A program made the translations under genes and the position numbers. 64,000 bases of DNA from Phoronis australis (lineage: Eukaryota > Animalia > Phoronida), in the NCBI GenBank assembly GCA_002633005.1, contig NMRA01000078.1, forward strand, positions 567,868-631,867. The letters are read 5' to 3'. The notes beneath the pieces are model-generated. The model did not search any database, had not been told where the DNA came from, and worked only from the letters and a program-made list of their open reading frames with translations. The stretch's first letter is position 1. Every line of letters begins with the position of its first letter. This document shows, piece by piece, positions 54,701 to 64,000 of the stretch.

Positions 54701-57487
54701 ACCATTGAGTGCCATCAAATTCTTATTTCTTTTTGAATATGTCATCATAGAGGGTGGGACTTGACTTCTTACTTTGTTTTCCAGTTCGACCAGAAAGAGG
54801 CGTAGTGGTGAGCCCAGGTTATCCGTATTCTTTCCCGTCCTCAAGTTATGCAACGTGGGACATCAAAAAGTACTCAAATATATATCTGCTTTTTGAAGAA
54901 TTTGACACCGAACATGACGTCCAAGAGCTCACAGTAAGTGTGACAGGAGAGCATGTTTTGCTCGATCACAATGTTTCAAATGGAAACCTTTTCTGAAGAG
55001 GCAACATTGTTCCGTTTTGCAAAAGAAATCTGGTTGGGAAATTATAGCCACTGACAGCAGCCTGTTGGGGCTTAATGGGCGATTTGTAAGGGAGCACTTA
55101 CTGACGAGTAAGGTGGTGATTCGCAGTCCCAAATTTATTATTCACGTTAAGTGTACCGCTTCCAAGTGTGTGCAAACACCGGTACAGGGTCTCGAAGTTC
55201 GTCCCACTTAGATTGACTAAACATTGATATTGGTCTCAGAGAGATGCACGTGGTCATCAGCAGGAGGCTGGTGTTTGAAAGCTACTTTTCAAGCATGTGT
55301 CTTCATGTCATTAGATTACCGCTCAAGAGACAAGTCCTACGCAAACGTTTAGGTTATTGTTACACCCAACGCCTAAGGGAACCAGAGCTAGACTGTGACA
55401 ATCATAATCGATTCATAAATAATGCATACATGGTCGTTGCATAGCCGTGATGCTGAAGAAAATGATTATTGGCTAATTTCTTTATTTTAAAATTTCTAAG
55501 ACCGAATATTTAGTTTTCCATTTTATAAACAATAATGGTGGTCTTTTGCCTTACTCATTGTTCGAAATCCCGTACGCTAAATAGGCGTGTTGGTTTACGA
55601 CTGCAGTTGTCTCATCCAACACGTTCAGCCAACTAGGCCCACAAATAGCGGGTAGCTCCCTTCAATCCCTGTCTGCATCATCAAGCAATTGATGTGCCGA
55701 GGACTTCGCATAATGCTCTGGGGTAAACGGTGCACGTTTTCTCGTCCACTTGCGTGCTGTTAACGTAAGATTTGCTTAATATACAAATCCAAATGAACTC
55801 CTGCTATGTGCCTTTGTTCTTTTGTAGGTCTACGAAATAAGCAAAACAGGGCAGAACCGTATTTTTATCAATGAACTTCTCAAAACCTTCACCGGCTACT
55901 TGACACCTAATACATGCTACGCCACCGGTCGAGATCACATAAGACTCTTGTTTACGGCCTCTCCGACAAGCAAGAGGAATCACAGGGGGTTTAAAATTCG
56001 CTACACAACGGAAAAGCCGTCTACATGCGAAGACGTAGAATTAAATGTTTTACGTAAGTGCTGGTTTTGAAGTACGGTAAAACCGTGTTGCTGCCGTCCT
56101 TAGATTACACCGTCTGTTCTTAAAAAACGATGCGATCCACACGTTCCAAGCCGATTTGGTTTCAGTGAACTTCGATTTCATTGAATGCTAGTAGTCTCAA
56201 GAGAGTTGATGGTAACTCAGTAGGACCAATTATTGTAGGGACGATTAACCGGTATGGAAAACTTTTATTCATTTACACATTTGCTTGCTATTTCAAAAAT
56301 ACTGTTGCCCTGAATGAGTCAGGGTGATGGCGCTCTGCTAGAGACCGTGTGCGTCGGATCATAAAATAAAAGAGATGTTACCGATCGAACTGTGTTGTGC
56401 TGTGTTGTGTGCGAAAATAACCACATAAACTAATGTATACATTGATGTAATTATGATAGAAGCGACTCTTACTATTTTCCATATTTGCTGAATATTCAAC
56501 CTCGTTTAATAGGACCCCTTGTTCATAACTAATATTTTTTTAGCCTTGACTTCAATTATGGTTTCTCTTTGGCATTGTTTCTCCGAAACTCTTCCCCCTG
56601 GTGGTAGTTCTTGTCCGTATGATCCTAATACTTTCTGTTTTGCCTCAACAAAATTTTCACTGACTTAAAAAATTATTTTGATTTTTTTTGCAAAAATGAA
56701 CTGCGTTTCCTTAACAAATGCTATTCTAGTTAGGCTCGTATATCTTCACAGTGAACGATAGGCTAGAGTATCTATGGACCCATAATGACGTTCTGTTTAT
56801 ATGTGAGTAAAAATTATTAGTCTTCCTACGTGTCATGTGTAAATTGGTCAAGTTCACGTGACGTACCAGCATATGCCGTTTAAGAACATTGGTAATTCTT
56901 ACTAAGACTATAACAACGCGCTGATTTATAACAGTATAGTTATATACTTATGTTTAAATGTTGCAGAAATAACCGGCATAACACTTGGCGTGCTGGGACT
57001 CATGATAATTTTATGTTCCGGTTTATGCATGGTTCATCGACGACGCAAGCCTCGTTCAGCCAACCTCGCCTCTGCGAATGCTGAGAATACGGGAGGAAAC
57101 GTTTCTTTGGCGAACCTGGTCACAGTCAGCAACGTAGTCCATCAAGGTGAAGACGGTCCGTACAGCGAGTACCATTACCGAGAGGACTATACCGCCGGTG
57201 GTCCTCCATCGTACAGCGAGATTTACCAATACCGCTCTGTACAATCGGTAGACCCTCCAGCATACGAGCGAGTTGCAGGAGTATTGCAAGATGACGCAAG
57301 GAACAAACCCCAAGAGATCGTTCCATCTCCCCCAGCGAACGACAACGTCACACCAACAAGCACCACAGATTCCAGATTCTGCGGAGCATCTGACATCATG
57401 GCTACAGAATCAACAGGTGGCCCCAGACAAGGAGAGTCCGGCAGCTGGGCGGTAGATCAGGAATCGCCAAACGAATCCAATATATAA
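30630..57487 (+). CDS. Multi-exon gene: CUB-CUB-MAM-like-CUB-CUB-TM type I membrane protein with PPxY tail (about 795 aa without N-terminal exon)
   Basis: 12 exons with GT-AG boundaries and mutually compatible phases form one open frame to the stop at 57487; exons listed separately. Confidence 0.85.
31415..31500 (+). pseudogene. tRNA-like sequence (SINE head or pseudo-tRNA)
   Basis: A-box-like TCAGTGGTAAGAG, CTAGA/TCTAG stem with 7-nt loop, B-box GGTTCGATTCCC; acceptor stem poor. Confidence 0.45.
32493..32688 (+). CDS. CUB1 second half
   Basis: VYDFQTN..FSGSG..VMLSFRSDMSVTKRGYTLEY; G|GTAAGA; phase 0-1. Confidence 0.92.
32890..33180 (+). mobile_element. Penelope-like GIY-YIG endonuclease remnant
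   Basis: QFYIGMTKRILSIRIKEH motif. Confidence 0.55.
33980..34107 (+). CDS. CUB2 first half (divergent)
   Basis: TTGACAG|; GQLTNSNLTKATYVDLVAPSHVDGFIQLYLGASPLELFFWKLV aligns with CUB1 VLNVPPTSEGLIQLCFG; |GTAAGT; phase 1-0. Confidence 0.75.
34300..37700 (+). mobile_element. Degenerate Academ-like transposase remnant (34300-34810 and 37100-37700), interrupted by a LINE
   Basis: Frameshifted pieces HA..CDVT/SVFGQ, EGETVLVCLKNG..IDFL, ELPPPAESEKYRRLIVH, SAWKF..FLEIVF/CSC resemble the XPG-like and Cys-rich C-terminus of Academ transposases. Confidence 0.4.
34815..37055 (+). mobile_element. 5'-truncated CR1-like LINE (RT, frameshifted)
   Basis: WKLGVMIPIHK..NYRPITLL, FLDIASAFD, GVPQGSVLSPLLFLLYINDL, YADAT, HKHLGLLLD, PHLDYCD, WNALP; AATAAA at ~37041. 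Confidence 0.92.
37795..37959 (+). repeat. Dispersed repeat, second copy at 41155-41330
   Basis: CTAAAAA.GACTTTCCC.TCCAG..CCCTCAAAAGTTTGG..GAATTACACGGCAA shared. Confidence 0.8.
38165..38230 (-). pseudogene. tRNA-derived fragment (B box)
   Basis: Minus strand CCGGGTTCGAACCCCGGTCGGGAC. Confidence 0.4.
38250..38478 (+). CDS. CUB2 second half (divergent)
   Basis: TTTTCCTTCAG|; IIDVQNTTSY..FPKYIYSRSRHLKL..; G|GTACTA; phase 0-1. Confidence 0.75.
38498..38680. repeat. (ATT/ATC/GTT)n trinucleotide microsatellite
   Basis: Direct reading. Confidence 0.95.
39080..39180. repeat. (CA/CG)n-rich microsatellite
   Basis: Direct reading; a complementary (GT)n-rich tract lies at ~41900-42020. Confidence 0.9.
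40250..41690 (-). mobile_element. Highly degraded LINE fragment related to the 4446-6335 element
   Basis: MPINKQGNMNNESNYRGISL..KLLNGRLVVWANQN parallels IPVYKQGNINDENNYRGISL..KLLNNRLYYWAENN; boundaries approximate. Confidence 0.75.
41731..41837 (+). CDS. MAM-like domain, exon a
   Basis: GACTTCCAG|; LQIKFFQRSQTVLMGHNPYGQAQWVFFLNSKLPEQ; CAG|GTAAGT; phase 1-0. Confidence 0.65.
42395..42616 (+). CDS. MAM-like domain, exon b
   Basis: GGTTTCAG|; ..SGCIRISFLFSW..GGLQLVY..LWQAAWQSKG..TSVKIF..; |GTAAGT; phase 0-0. Confidence 0.75.
44224..44356 (+). CDS. MAM-like domain end plus S/T/P linker
   Basis: IAFRGTWGGKYRVDDVSISEC matches the MAM C-terminal F.G..IDDI.I..C pattern; AAG|GTAAGG; phase 0-1. Confidence 0.82.
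45071..45282 (+). mobile_element. tRNA-derived SINE-like insertion
   Basis: B-box GGTTCGATTTCC; 10-bp duplication AAAGTTCATG at 45061-45070 and 49749-49758 encloses it together with the LTR element. Confidence 0.6.
45283..49741 (+). mobile_element. Internally deleted Gypsy (Mag-like) LTR retrotransposon
   Basis: LTRs 45283-45403 and 49622-49741 (TGT..ACA; 8 substitutions, 1 indel); 5-bp TSD GTCTC; PBS TGGCGTAGTTGGCAGGA (tRNA-Ser-like); PPT AAGGCGGGGAGG; gag with two Zn knuckles (second degenerate); end of RNase H plus integrase 48020-49620 (HIGH..CTAC, VDAYSKYP, VTDN, YHPATNG); no PR or RT. Confidence 0.96.
46151..46840. mobile_element. 690-bp TTAA-target DNA element (Kolobok/piggyBac-type) nested in gag
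   Basis: TTAA at 46147-46150 and 46841-46844; degenerate TIR AGAGGTCGATTCACAGC / AGACATAGTTTCACACC; removal restores gag frame EQKL-RDFPKGTCARC. Confidence 0.75.
50149..50282 (+). CDS. CUB3 first half
   Basis: TTTCTTCAG|; GTVISPGYPTGYPPNVDARWRI..LVFQAFDTERTYDRLK; AAG|GTAAAA; phase 1-0. Confidence 0.93.
50313..50910. mobile_element. Helentron-associated (DINE/pearl-like) non-autonomous element with core repeats
   Basis: Repeated GACCTT..ATTTTCAAG.TCAC and ATCTCAAGAA core units; family assignment is by resemblance only. Confidence 0.4.
50935..51069 (+). repeat. 27-bp tandem repeat x5
   Basis: AAGTGTTGTTAGTACCAGTTT(C/T)A(T/G)GAT, no spacers. Confidence 0.95.
52319..52728. mobile_element. Degenerate TIR element
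   Basis: GGTTGCATGAAAAAGTCCCAAATAAGGACTCAGGTAAGTTTCCTAAATC inverted with mismatches at 52678-52728. Confidence 0.6.
52993..53191 (+). CDS. CUB3 second half
   Basis: CTTGTAG|; VYDYRG..TFSGS..IELHFSSDSSRQQAGFIIKW; CAG|GTACTT; phase 0-1. Confidence 0.93.
53330..53950 (-). mobile_element. Degraded L1/Tx1-like LINE fragment
   Basis: LEKSNAEGGFGVKIPDLVY resembles the post-RT K..GGLG..D motif. Confidence 0.4.
54785..54933 (+). CDS. CUB4 first half
   Basis: TTTGTTTTCCAG|; ERGVVVSPGYPYSFP..ATWDI..LLFEEFDTEHDVQELT; |GTAAGT; phase 1-0. Confidence 0.93.
55828..56053 (+). CDS. CUB4 second half
   Basis: TTCTTTTGTAG|; VYEISK..TFTGY..IRLLFTAS..HRGFKIRY; C|GTAAGT; phase 0-1. Confidence 0.92.
56967..57487 (+). 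CDS. Terminal exon: TM helix and cytoplasmic tail
   Basis: TGTTGCAG|, phase 1; ITGITLGVLGLMIILCSGLCMV-HRRRK; PPSY and PPAY motifs; TAA stop. Confidence 0.92.
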
Positions 57488-58839
57488 GCTCAATATCAGG
57501 TGACTTAACATCAAATCCGCTAGGTTTAGTAGGGAAGTGCTGCCTGAATGTGGGTGGATAAGATATGATTTTTCATGACCTTGAATTGAATGACGCCACC
57601 TGTTACGCCGCGTCAGCCTTCTAAGACATCTGTTGGTCTTGTAAGTTGGAGGTCTTCACCGACAACCAATCAGATGTCGTAGCCGGTTCATCTGTCACGA
57701 CCAGTGATCGATTGATTTAAATAAGAAAATTACAGATACAGTAGAATGTAACCAATTTCGAATTTTATTTTTATAAACGGTACGTTTGCTTCTATTATAT
57801 GTGGTTTGGTAAATTGTGAGATTCATGAAAACGTTAGAAGTTGTTGAATTGAAAAAGGAAAAAGGTCAATTTTGGCGGTTATACCACGTGATCTTTCAGA
57901 ATGGTTCCGCTGGAATGCGAATTGAATACTATAATCACTGTGCTGCAGTTACATTGTACATTGATGCAACCCTGGATTCATGTGTCATACTATCAGCTCT
58001 TGAGTTTTGACTGAATACATATTTCTATGTTGAATTCTCCGAGCAATAAGGTTATTTACAGTCAATAGACCTATTAGGAGCTCTTAGTTACAGTACCACC
58101 GATAGGCCTACAATATTTATGTGGATCGAATATCTGTTTTATTATGGTTGCGACTGTCCATGTTTATTTTATTTTTCCTAGGAGTTGATCTTGTCATTTG
58201 CTTCGAAGTTGGCAAATAGATAATGCAACATGAGCGCCAATCTTGCAAGCGGTTGGCAAATCTTGCTGCAGTGCTATCTAAAAGGGATTCAGGTCTTGGT
58301 GAACTGATAATTAATTTAACTGTAATCGTTTGTTCCGCGAAAACGACGATCAGAAAAACCAACGTTTGAACACTCTTGAAAGTCATGACAATTATTGAAA
58401 ACGGACCTAAAAAACAAAGCTGTTTCTGGCCTCTGTTTTTAATCGAGTCCGTGGTGGAGTATTTTTAATTGTTGAGTTTTTCAAAATAGAAAATCCACCT
58501 GAGGCAAGCAAAAATGATACGGGATTTGTTTTGTCCTTACCCATTGCTTAGAAAGTCGTGGTGTTTCAAGCCTTGCTGAGGTGTTTTTTCCTTTTTATTC
58601 GGTGAGTGTAGGTATCGAAATGAGATTGGCTAGAGACCAAAAGCAACTATGCTTTTTCGCGTTAATAACATGTGCTTTTGTATATCCATTAGTGTTATTG
58701 TTCGTCTAAGCAAAAATTCAAAATAAACGGTTAAACAGATAATTATTTAAAATGACTTTTTTATTGAAATGACGTAAGTGAAAATTCATATTCCTGCCTC
58801 AATTCCTATCGCCAATTTAGGTGGCTGGACTGTAGTAAC

Positions 58840-58991
58840 CATGGGCGGATTCAGGATTTTGAGTTAGGGAGGCCAGGGTGGAGTATTAGCCAGGATTTTG
58901 CCCGTCAGACATTCGCACCCCGAACTACCAAACGTAATCTAGAATTTTAGGGGGGCATGGCACTTTTGGTCCCCCTCTAGATCCGCCACTG
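58840..58991. mobile_element. 152-bp MITE with 5-bp TSD
   Basis: CATGGGCGGATTC...GATCCGCCACTG flanked by GTAAC on both sides. Confidence 0.7.
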
Positions 58992-61862
58992 GTAACAAAA
59001 TTTAATAATTCCAAAAATGCAAAATGTCAGAACCATTACTCCCCTACCGATGCACGACATATGCCAACATTAGATTCTGAAAACAAATTTTATACAGTTT
59101 CCAAAAATGTGGTTCATTAATACTGTCAACAAACTTATTTTTTGCAATTCTGGCTTCTTTGAGGGCTACGTGAAATCGCACCCGGTTTCTCAGTCGCAAC
59201 CCAGGAATGCAGAAATGCAACAAGGCGACGTAATATGGAAGAAAAGTGAACCTACATCCGATCAAGTGGTGTTGTCTCATCCCCACTATGTTCGCAGATA
59301 CAAACAAGATTTACTGAGCCCACATGCAACGCCAAGCCGAGCATAACCCTCAAATTTACTTTTCTGCGCTGCAAATTGGCCGCGGCTGTAGCCTACCTCA
59401 ACACTTAATGGGCAAAGACCGCAGTTAGAATGGCTGATTTTTACGTTTTCACTGGTCTGGGTCAATGAAAGCCCTTGTTTGTACCCTGTCTCAAGACATC
59501 GAAAAGGGCATAACTTAAAGAAAGCACGGTCGATGGGGTTCTCAAGGATGAAGAAATTCTAGAAAAAAAGCATGACCAGAGGCAATTTTTTATTCAAAAC
59601 AACTTTAAAGAACTAATGAATATCCTTCCTCGCAACCACTTCTCATTTGCTCCACAAAATATCTGTCAAACCTGTTCCACCCCATTTCCTTCAATTTTTG
59701 GGAGCCGTAGTCTTAGTCCAGTAAGTCAAAGATACTGCCCGTGCTGTTTTTAATTTAGAAAAAATATTGTTAAATCAGACGTTTTTAATGCCTCTTATAC
59801 TTACGCTAGTGAAAACAGAATTATGAAAAATCGATCGATGAGGGATTTTTTCTTACCCGAACCGAACTGCATGGAATTCCGGGATGGTCTGGAATATTTG
59901 TACTTCACGGTGGGTAAAAACAAACGAGGCATCGCGGAAACCTTGTAACGCTGTATTCAGATTGAGGCTCGCACGTGGCAACAACTATGGTTCTGCAACT
60001 GCCATGTTAGACGGACAAACTACTTGATCAAATATTAACATCTGGGTCGTTTAACGAGTATTTATAAAAATGTGAAAAACTGTCAAAATTCCGCTTTCCT
60101 TTAGACAGGAACTTGTTCTTACGCTCCTGCCACGCAACCTTTTCGAAAAATAATCAGTCTTACTTCAGCAGAAACTGAAAGAATTTGGGAGTATATACAA
60201 AACTGCTAGTTACTGCGGTAAGTTCTACAAACTATTTCTAGAGTGTGACGTGCTAATTACGTCACGGTAAAACTTTCTTTAGTAATTGTGAAGTGGGCGC
60301 ATAAGACCAAAATTAAGTCCCCGGATGGGGCTGACACATTCAACCGTTTTCAAGCGACAAATTAAGAATTGTCATGTGGCCAACAGATGGCGTGTTGACA
60401 AGATTCAACATGCTTGCAACATATTTTCCACTCCATATTGAGATTGACGTATTCATATACAATATATAACACGTCTGGACTTCATACAAAACTACAAAGA
60501 TTAGACCTCGTAGCTAGATTTAGGCAATTTGTGCAAACACCTTATCTTAGCATATTTCTTTAGAAATTAAGGCTACACCATTTCCCAAAAATTATAATTA
60601 ATAAACAACGCAGCAAACATATACGGAATAATGCACTCCGATTGATGAATAAATTATCAAGGCAAATTTGTCGCTGTCAATTTTCGTTTTTCAATGCTGG
60701 AAGTTATATCTCATGACAACAGTTCCACTCAACTAACATTCTGAGGACGAGAGCAAACCAAGACGATGAAAAACTTAATTTCTCGATTGTTTACATGAAG
60801 TTCGCCTTTCTACGCAAAATGGATAATTTGTCACACCTTAACTAAGGACTGCTCAGTCACATGTTGAGAATGAACGTCCATGTACATGTACCTAGTATAC
60901 ATGTATGTAAAATGGAACATTAACACTGAATCTCTTTTCCATGATATGGTAGTCTTGTAAAGCTGTCAACGAACTGAAAAAAATTTACATGAGTTCCTTT
61001 GCTGTGGTCGGTGGAGACAACTCTTACGCTCGGCAAACATGAAAGGTCAACTTCAATGGAGAAAATATGAGAGCTACTGTACATTTAAGAAAATGTATAC
61101 TTTCTGTCGACAATTGTTTTCAACTTAGGGTAAATTTTGCGTTTCTTCTGATGGTTATTGAATTTGGGACGGCTAGTTTGTCTTCTGGGCCGACGCAAAA
61201 CGGGCGACTTAACCTTGGGTTGGGTGACTTGATTTTCTGGCTCAGTTTCCCCGCTGGCGAGTGGGATTTTGAGGTGTAGGCATATCCCTGAATAAGCATG
61301 ATGACGAATGCGTTTAGCCGCAAAAAAGAGCCCTTAAAATGTCATGGCCAGGGACCACAAAAGATGAATTAAGCACTCGTAGTTGACAATTGTTCTCTTC
61401 AGTTGAATTTCTCTCTTCTCCTTGTTTGGCTGTCTTTCTTTCCTCGACAGTCCCAGGCACCACGCCGTAAGGGATTACCATGGTTTAACCCTGACACTTG
61501 AAAATTATTGGGAGGGTACGTGCCCTGCATTAGGTTAGACCTAGATAACACGCAAAGTGTAGAGTTTGTGACGCGTGCCCTCCGTAACCCAGGACTTTCG
61601 GTTAACATGCGCTTGACATTTAGCCTTCTCTTGTGTAAGTGAGTCATTGAATTCAAATGAGTTTCTTCCGCTTGTTTATCTTAATGTTTTGGCTAATAAG
61701 TGGAAAATAGTGTCTGTTCAACGTGTTGAAGATGAGACCTGTGAAAACATTTCTTGTAGTAGGTTTTTTACACTGCTTAGGTAAGTTAAATTCTTGTTAT
61801 ATTACCGCAGTTACACATCGTTTTGTTGTATATAAAATGTTCACTTACTTAGAGACGTGGTT

Positions 61863-62526
61863 GGTTGTTGGCAGACGTTTCGACCTGGTCCGAGGGATTT
61901 CCCGCCTTACGCTCGTTAAAATGCTTCAGTGCACGGGGGTAGGTGGAGTCCTCTGTCTCGGTTCAAGAGGAGACGCCGACTGTTGATGTTTATGGCCTCT
62001 TTGAGCTAACGAGTATTTTGTTCCTAGGCTAGGATCCTGGATGACGCAAGAGAGATGGTGCACCCAGTCGCCAAAATATGTTCTGTCTGTCTAGTTTCAG
62101 ATAATCTTTGAATCTGGCAAGGAACGGTCTCTTGGTTTCTCCAGTGTAGGTGTGGTTGGGATCCTGGTCACATTCCAGCTGGTATATGACCCCATATTGA
62201 TTAGTCATCGGGGTTGGGTCTTTGGGTCTGACGAGTAGGGAACGGAGGGTGTTGATAGGTTTCATGTATCAGGAAATACCGTGGATTCTGTAGGTGTGTT
62301 GTAGGCGTTCAGATATTCTTCTTATGTATGGGATATGGCAACGGAGGGACCATCGAGTTTTTCAGTAGGTTTACGACTAGGGGGGTCAGTAAACATCAAT
62401 TCCTGATATCCATTAGCTCGCAAAGCATCTTCAACGTGGTCCACCTCTTCGACATAGTCACGGTAGTCAGTGATGTAACGATCAGCTCTATCCAGGAGGG
62501 TACGGGCGACAGAATGTTTATGTTTT
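61863..62526 (-). mobile_element. 5'-truncated Penelope-like element (RT thumb, GIY-YIG, degenerate hammerhead-like motif)
   Basis: HKHSVARTLLDRA..ALRANGY; KPINTLRSLL..KD..GVIYQLEC..YTGETKR..RFKDY; CGAAACGTC motif at ~61874-61882; bracketed by a 37-bp inverted repeat. Confidence 0.9.
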
Positions 62527-64000
62527 AACCACGTCTCTAAGAAAGTGAACATTTTATATACAATGCCTCTAGAGACTAATGACGAACATATTCTCCACAT
62601 TGTTTTGTTGTATTGTAATTTTGTAAAGTTATCTTAAAAACAATTGTAATTACGGATGATTACTTGTTTGCTAATTATACTATTGATCGTCTGCTTCCCG
62701 CGGAATCTGGAAGCCTTTTGTACTTCAAAGTAGTTGGATGGAATCTCGGTCCTAGCATTGAAAAATTCAAAGACTATTTCACTTCTTCTAGAAACTGTAA
62801 ACGGCCTTTTGTATGGTATCAAGAAGAAACAGAGATCGGTCCAGCCGCGAGGTCTAACCCTGGACTCGAAGTCAAATTATTTTTATGTTTCTCTGTCTAC
62901 TATTCCATAAACTCAAGGGAAGTGTCCGTTATACTATGCTCGAGTACATTTTGGTTTATAGGGAGGATGAAGTCGGCCATTTTGTTTTCGGATCGGTCAT
63001 TTTCATGTTCTACATTCCAATTTCAAAAAAATATATTAGTCAAGCTACACAGTCGTATGAACGTTTTCAACTCATGTGAACTGTGTCTGAGCTCTCTGAC
63101 CAATCAAGTGTGAAATTTGACCAGTTAGGCATTTTCAACTCTTTGCGACAAAAGGATTCACCAGTTATGAAGGTGCATTTAATGATTATACATAAATGAA
63201 AGGTCAAATTTTCACTTTCGTGACGAAGAATTTTTATTTTTGTCCCTAAGTATAAAAATTTTGTAATTTTCAAATTTAGAGCAAAAATTAAACTTTGTTT
63301 TTTTCTTCAAAATTCTTCGTGCAGTTTTTAAGATCATTCACATGTCCCATGCCCTCGAAGGGAGCAAAAGCGTGGTGTCAAATATGTATCTAAAACAGCT
63401 TTTGAAATCTCTCATTGTGTCGTCACTTTCGCTTGTCGGTGCTTTGCCGCACTGAGCATACAAGTTTATCATTTTCAACACGCGTGAAAACTTAATTTAT
63501 CAAGCAAAACTCACATTAATAGATCCAGAAATACTAAGTATCCTAATCCCAAACGTGTGCACTGACTTCAACTGCGTTTTCGTACTACAAGCAGGAGTAT
63601 AGACATATTTTTGGACCTCACTGGTTCGGACCAGTAAAATGTAATCTACTGGACAGGTCCTGCCATTTGATACACCTATGATACATTTCGATCTAGCATT
63701 GTGTGTGCAGGGAAAATTATGTGATTTCAGTGTTTGTGCTATTTTGTATTTTGTCTTTGTTTGTAGTTTGCTTGAAGAAAAACTATGAGCTTCAGTTAAA
63801 ACTTATATTTATTAAAAAGAGTTTGATGGTGATGCACCCACTTCTGATTGCATTTGGTGTCGATGGCCACCCACATGGCGCCATCCTGCATTTTTGTAAT
63901 ACCAAAAGTCAACTGCAGGCTGAGCACTACAATTTTCAAGCGTTGGCTCCTCTGTCATAATAATAGTCTATAAGTAATTGACTATTAATTTTCATTCAGA

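Overview
Eukaryotic (animal) genomic DNA: AT-rich, intron-containing, with two assembly gaps. It is probably from a marine invertebrate (an inference from repeat style; the species cannot be determined). No prokaryotic features, CRISPR arrays or rRNA. Two protein-coding genes were reconstructed by hand from GT-AG sites and intron phases. (1) A 2-exon secreted C-type lectin-domain gene (13406-15151, +) lacking the canonical sugar/Ca2+ motifs, with a young TIR element in its promoter. (2) A gene of at least 12 exons (30630-57487, +; 5' end uncertain) for a type I membrane protein, CUB-CUB-MAM-like-CUB-CUB-TM, whose tail has two PPxY motifs and whose CUB domains lack the canonical cysteines. The rest is mostly transposon debris. 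It includes a truncated LINE with a ~215-bp flanking direct repeat, CR1- and L1/Tx1-like fragments and an Academ-like remnant. It also includes a Penelope fragment bracketed by a 37-bp inverted repeat, several MITEs with readable TSDs, and a nested stack (minisatellite < SINE-like < Gypsy/Mag LTR element < TTAA element) inside one intron. A 1.75-kb duplication spanning an N-gap is most likely an assembly artefact. All domain and family calls come from motif recognition by eye, with no database search.
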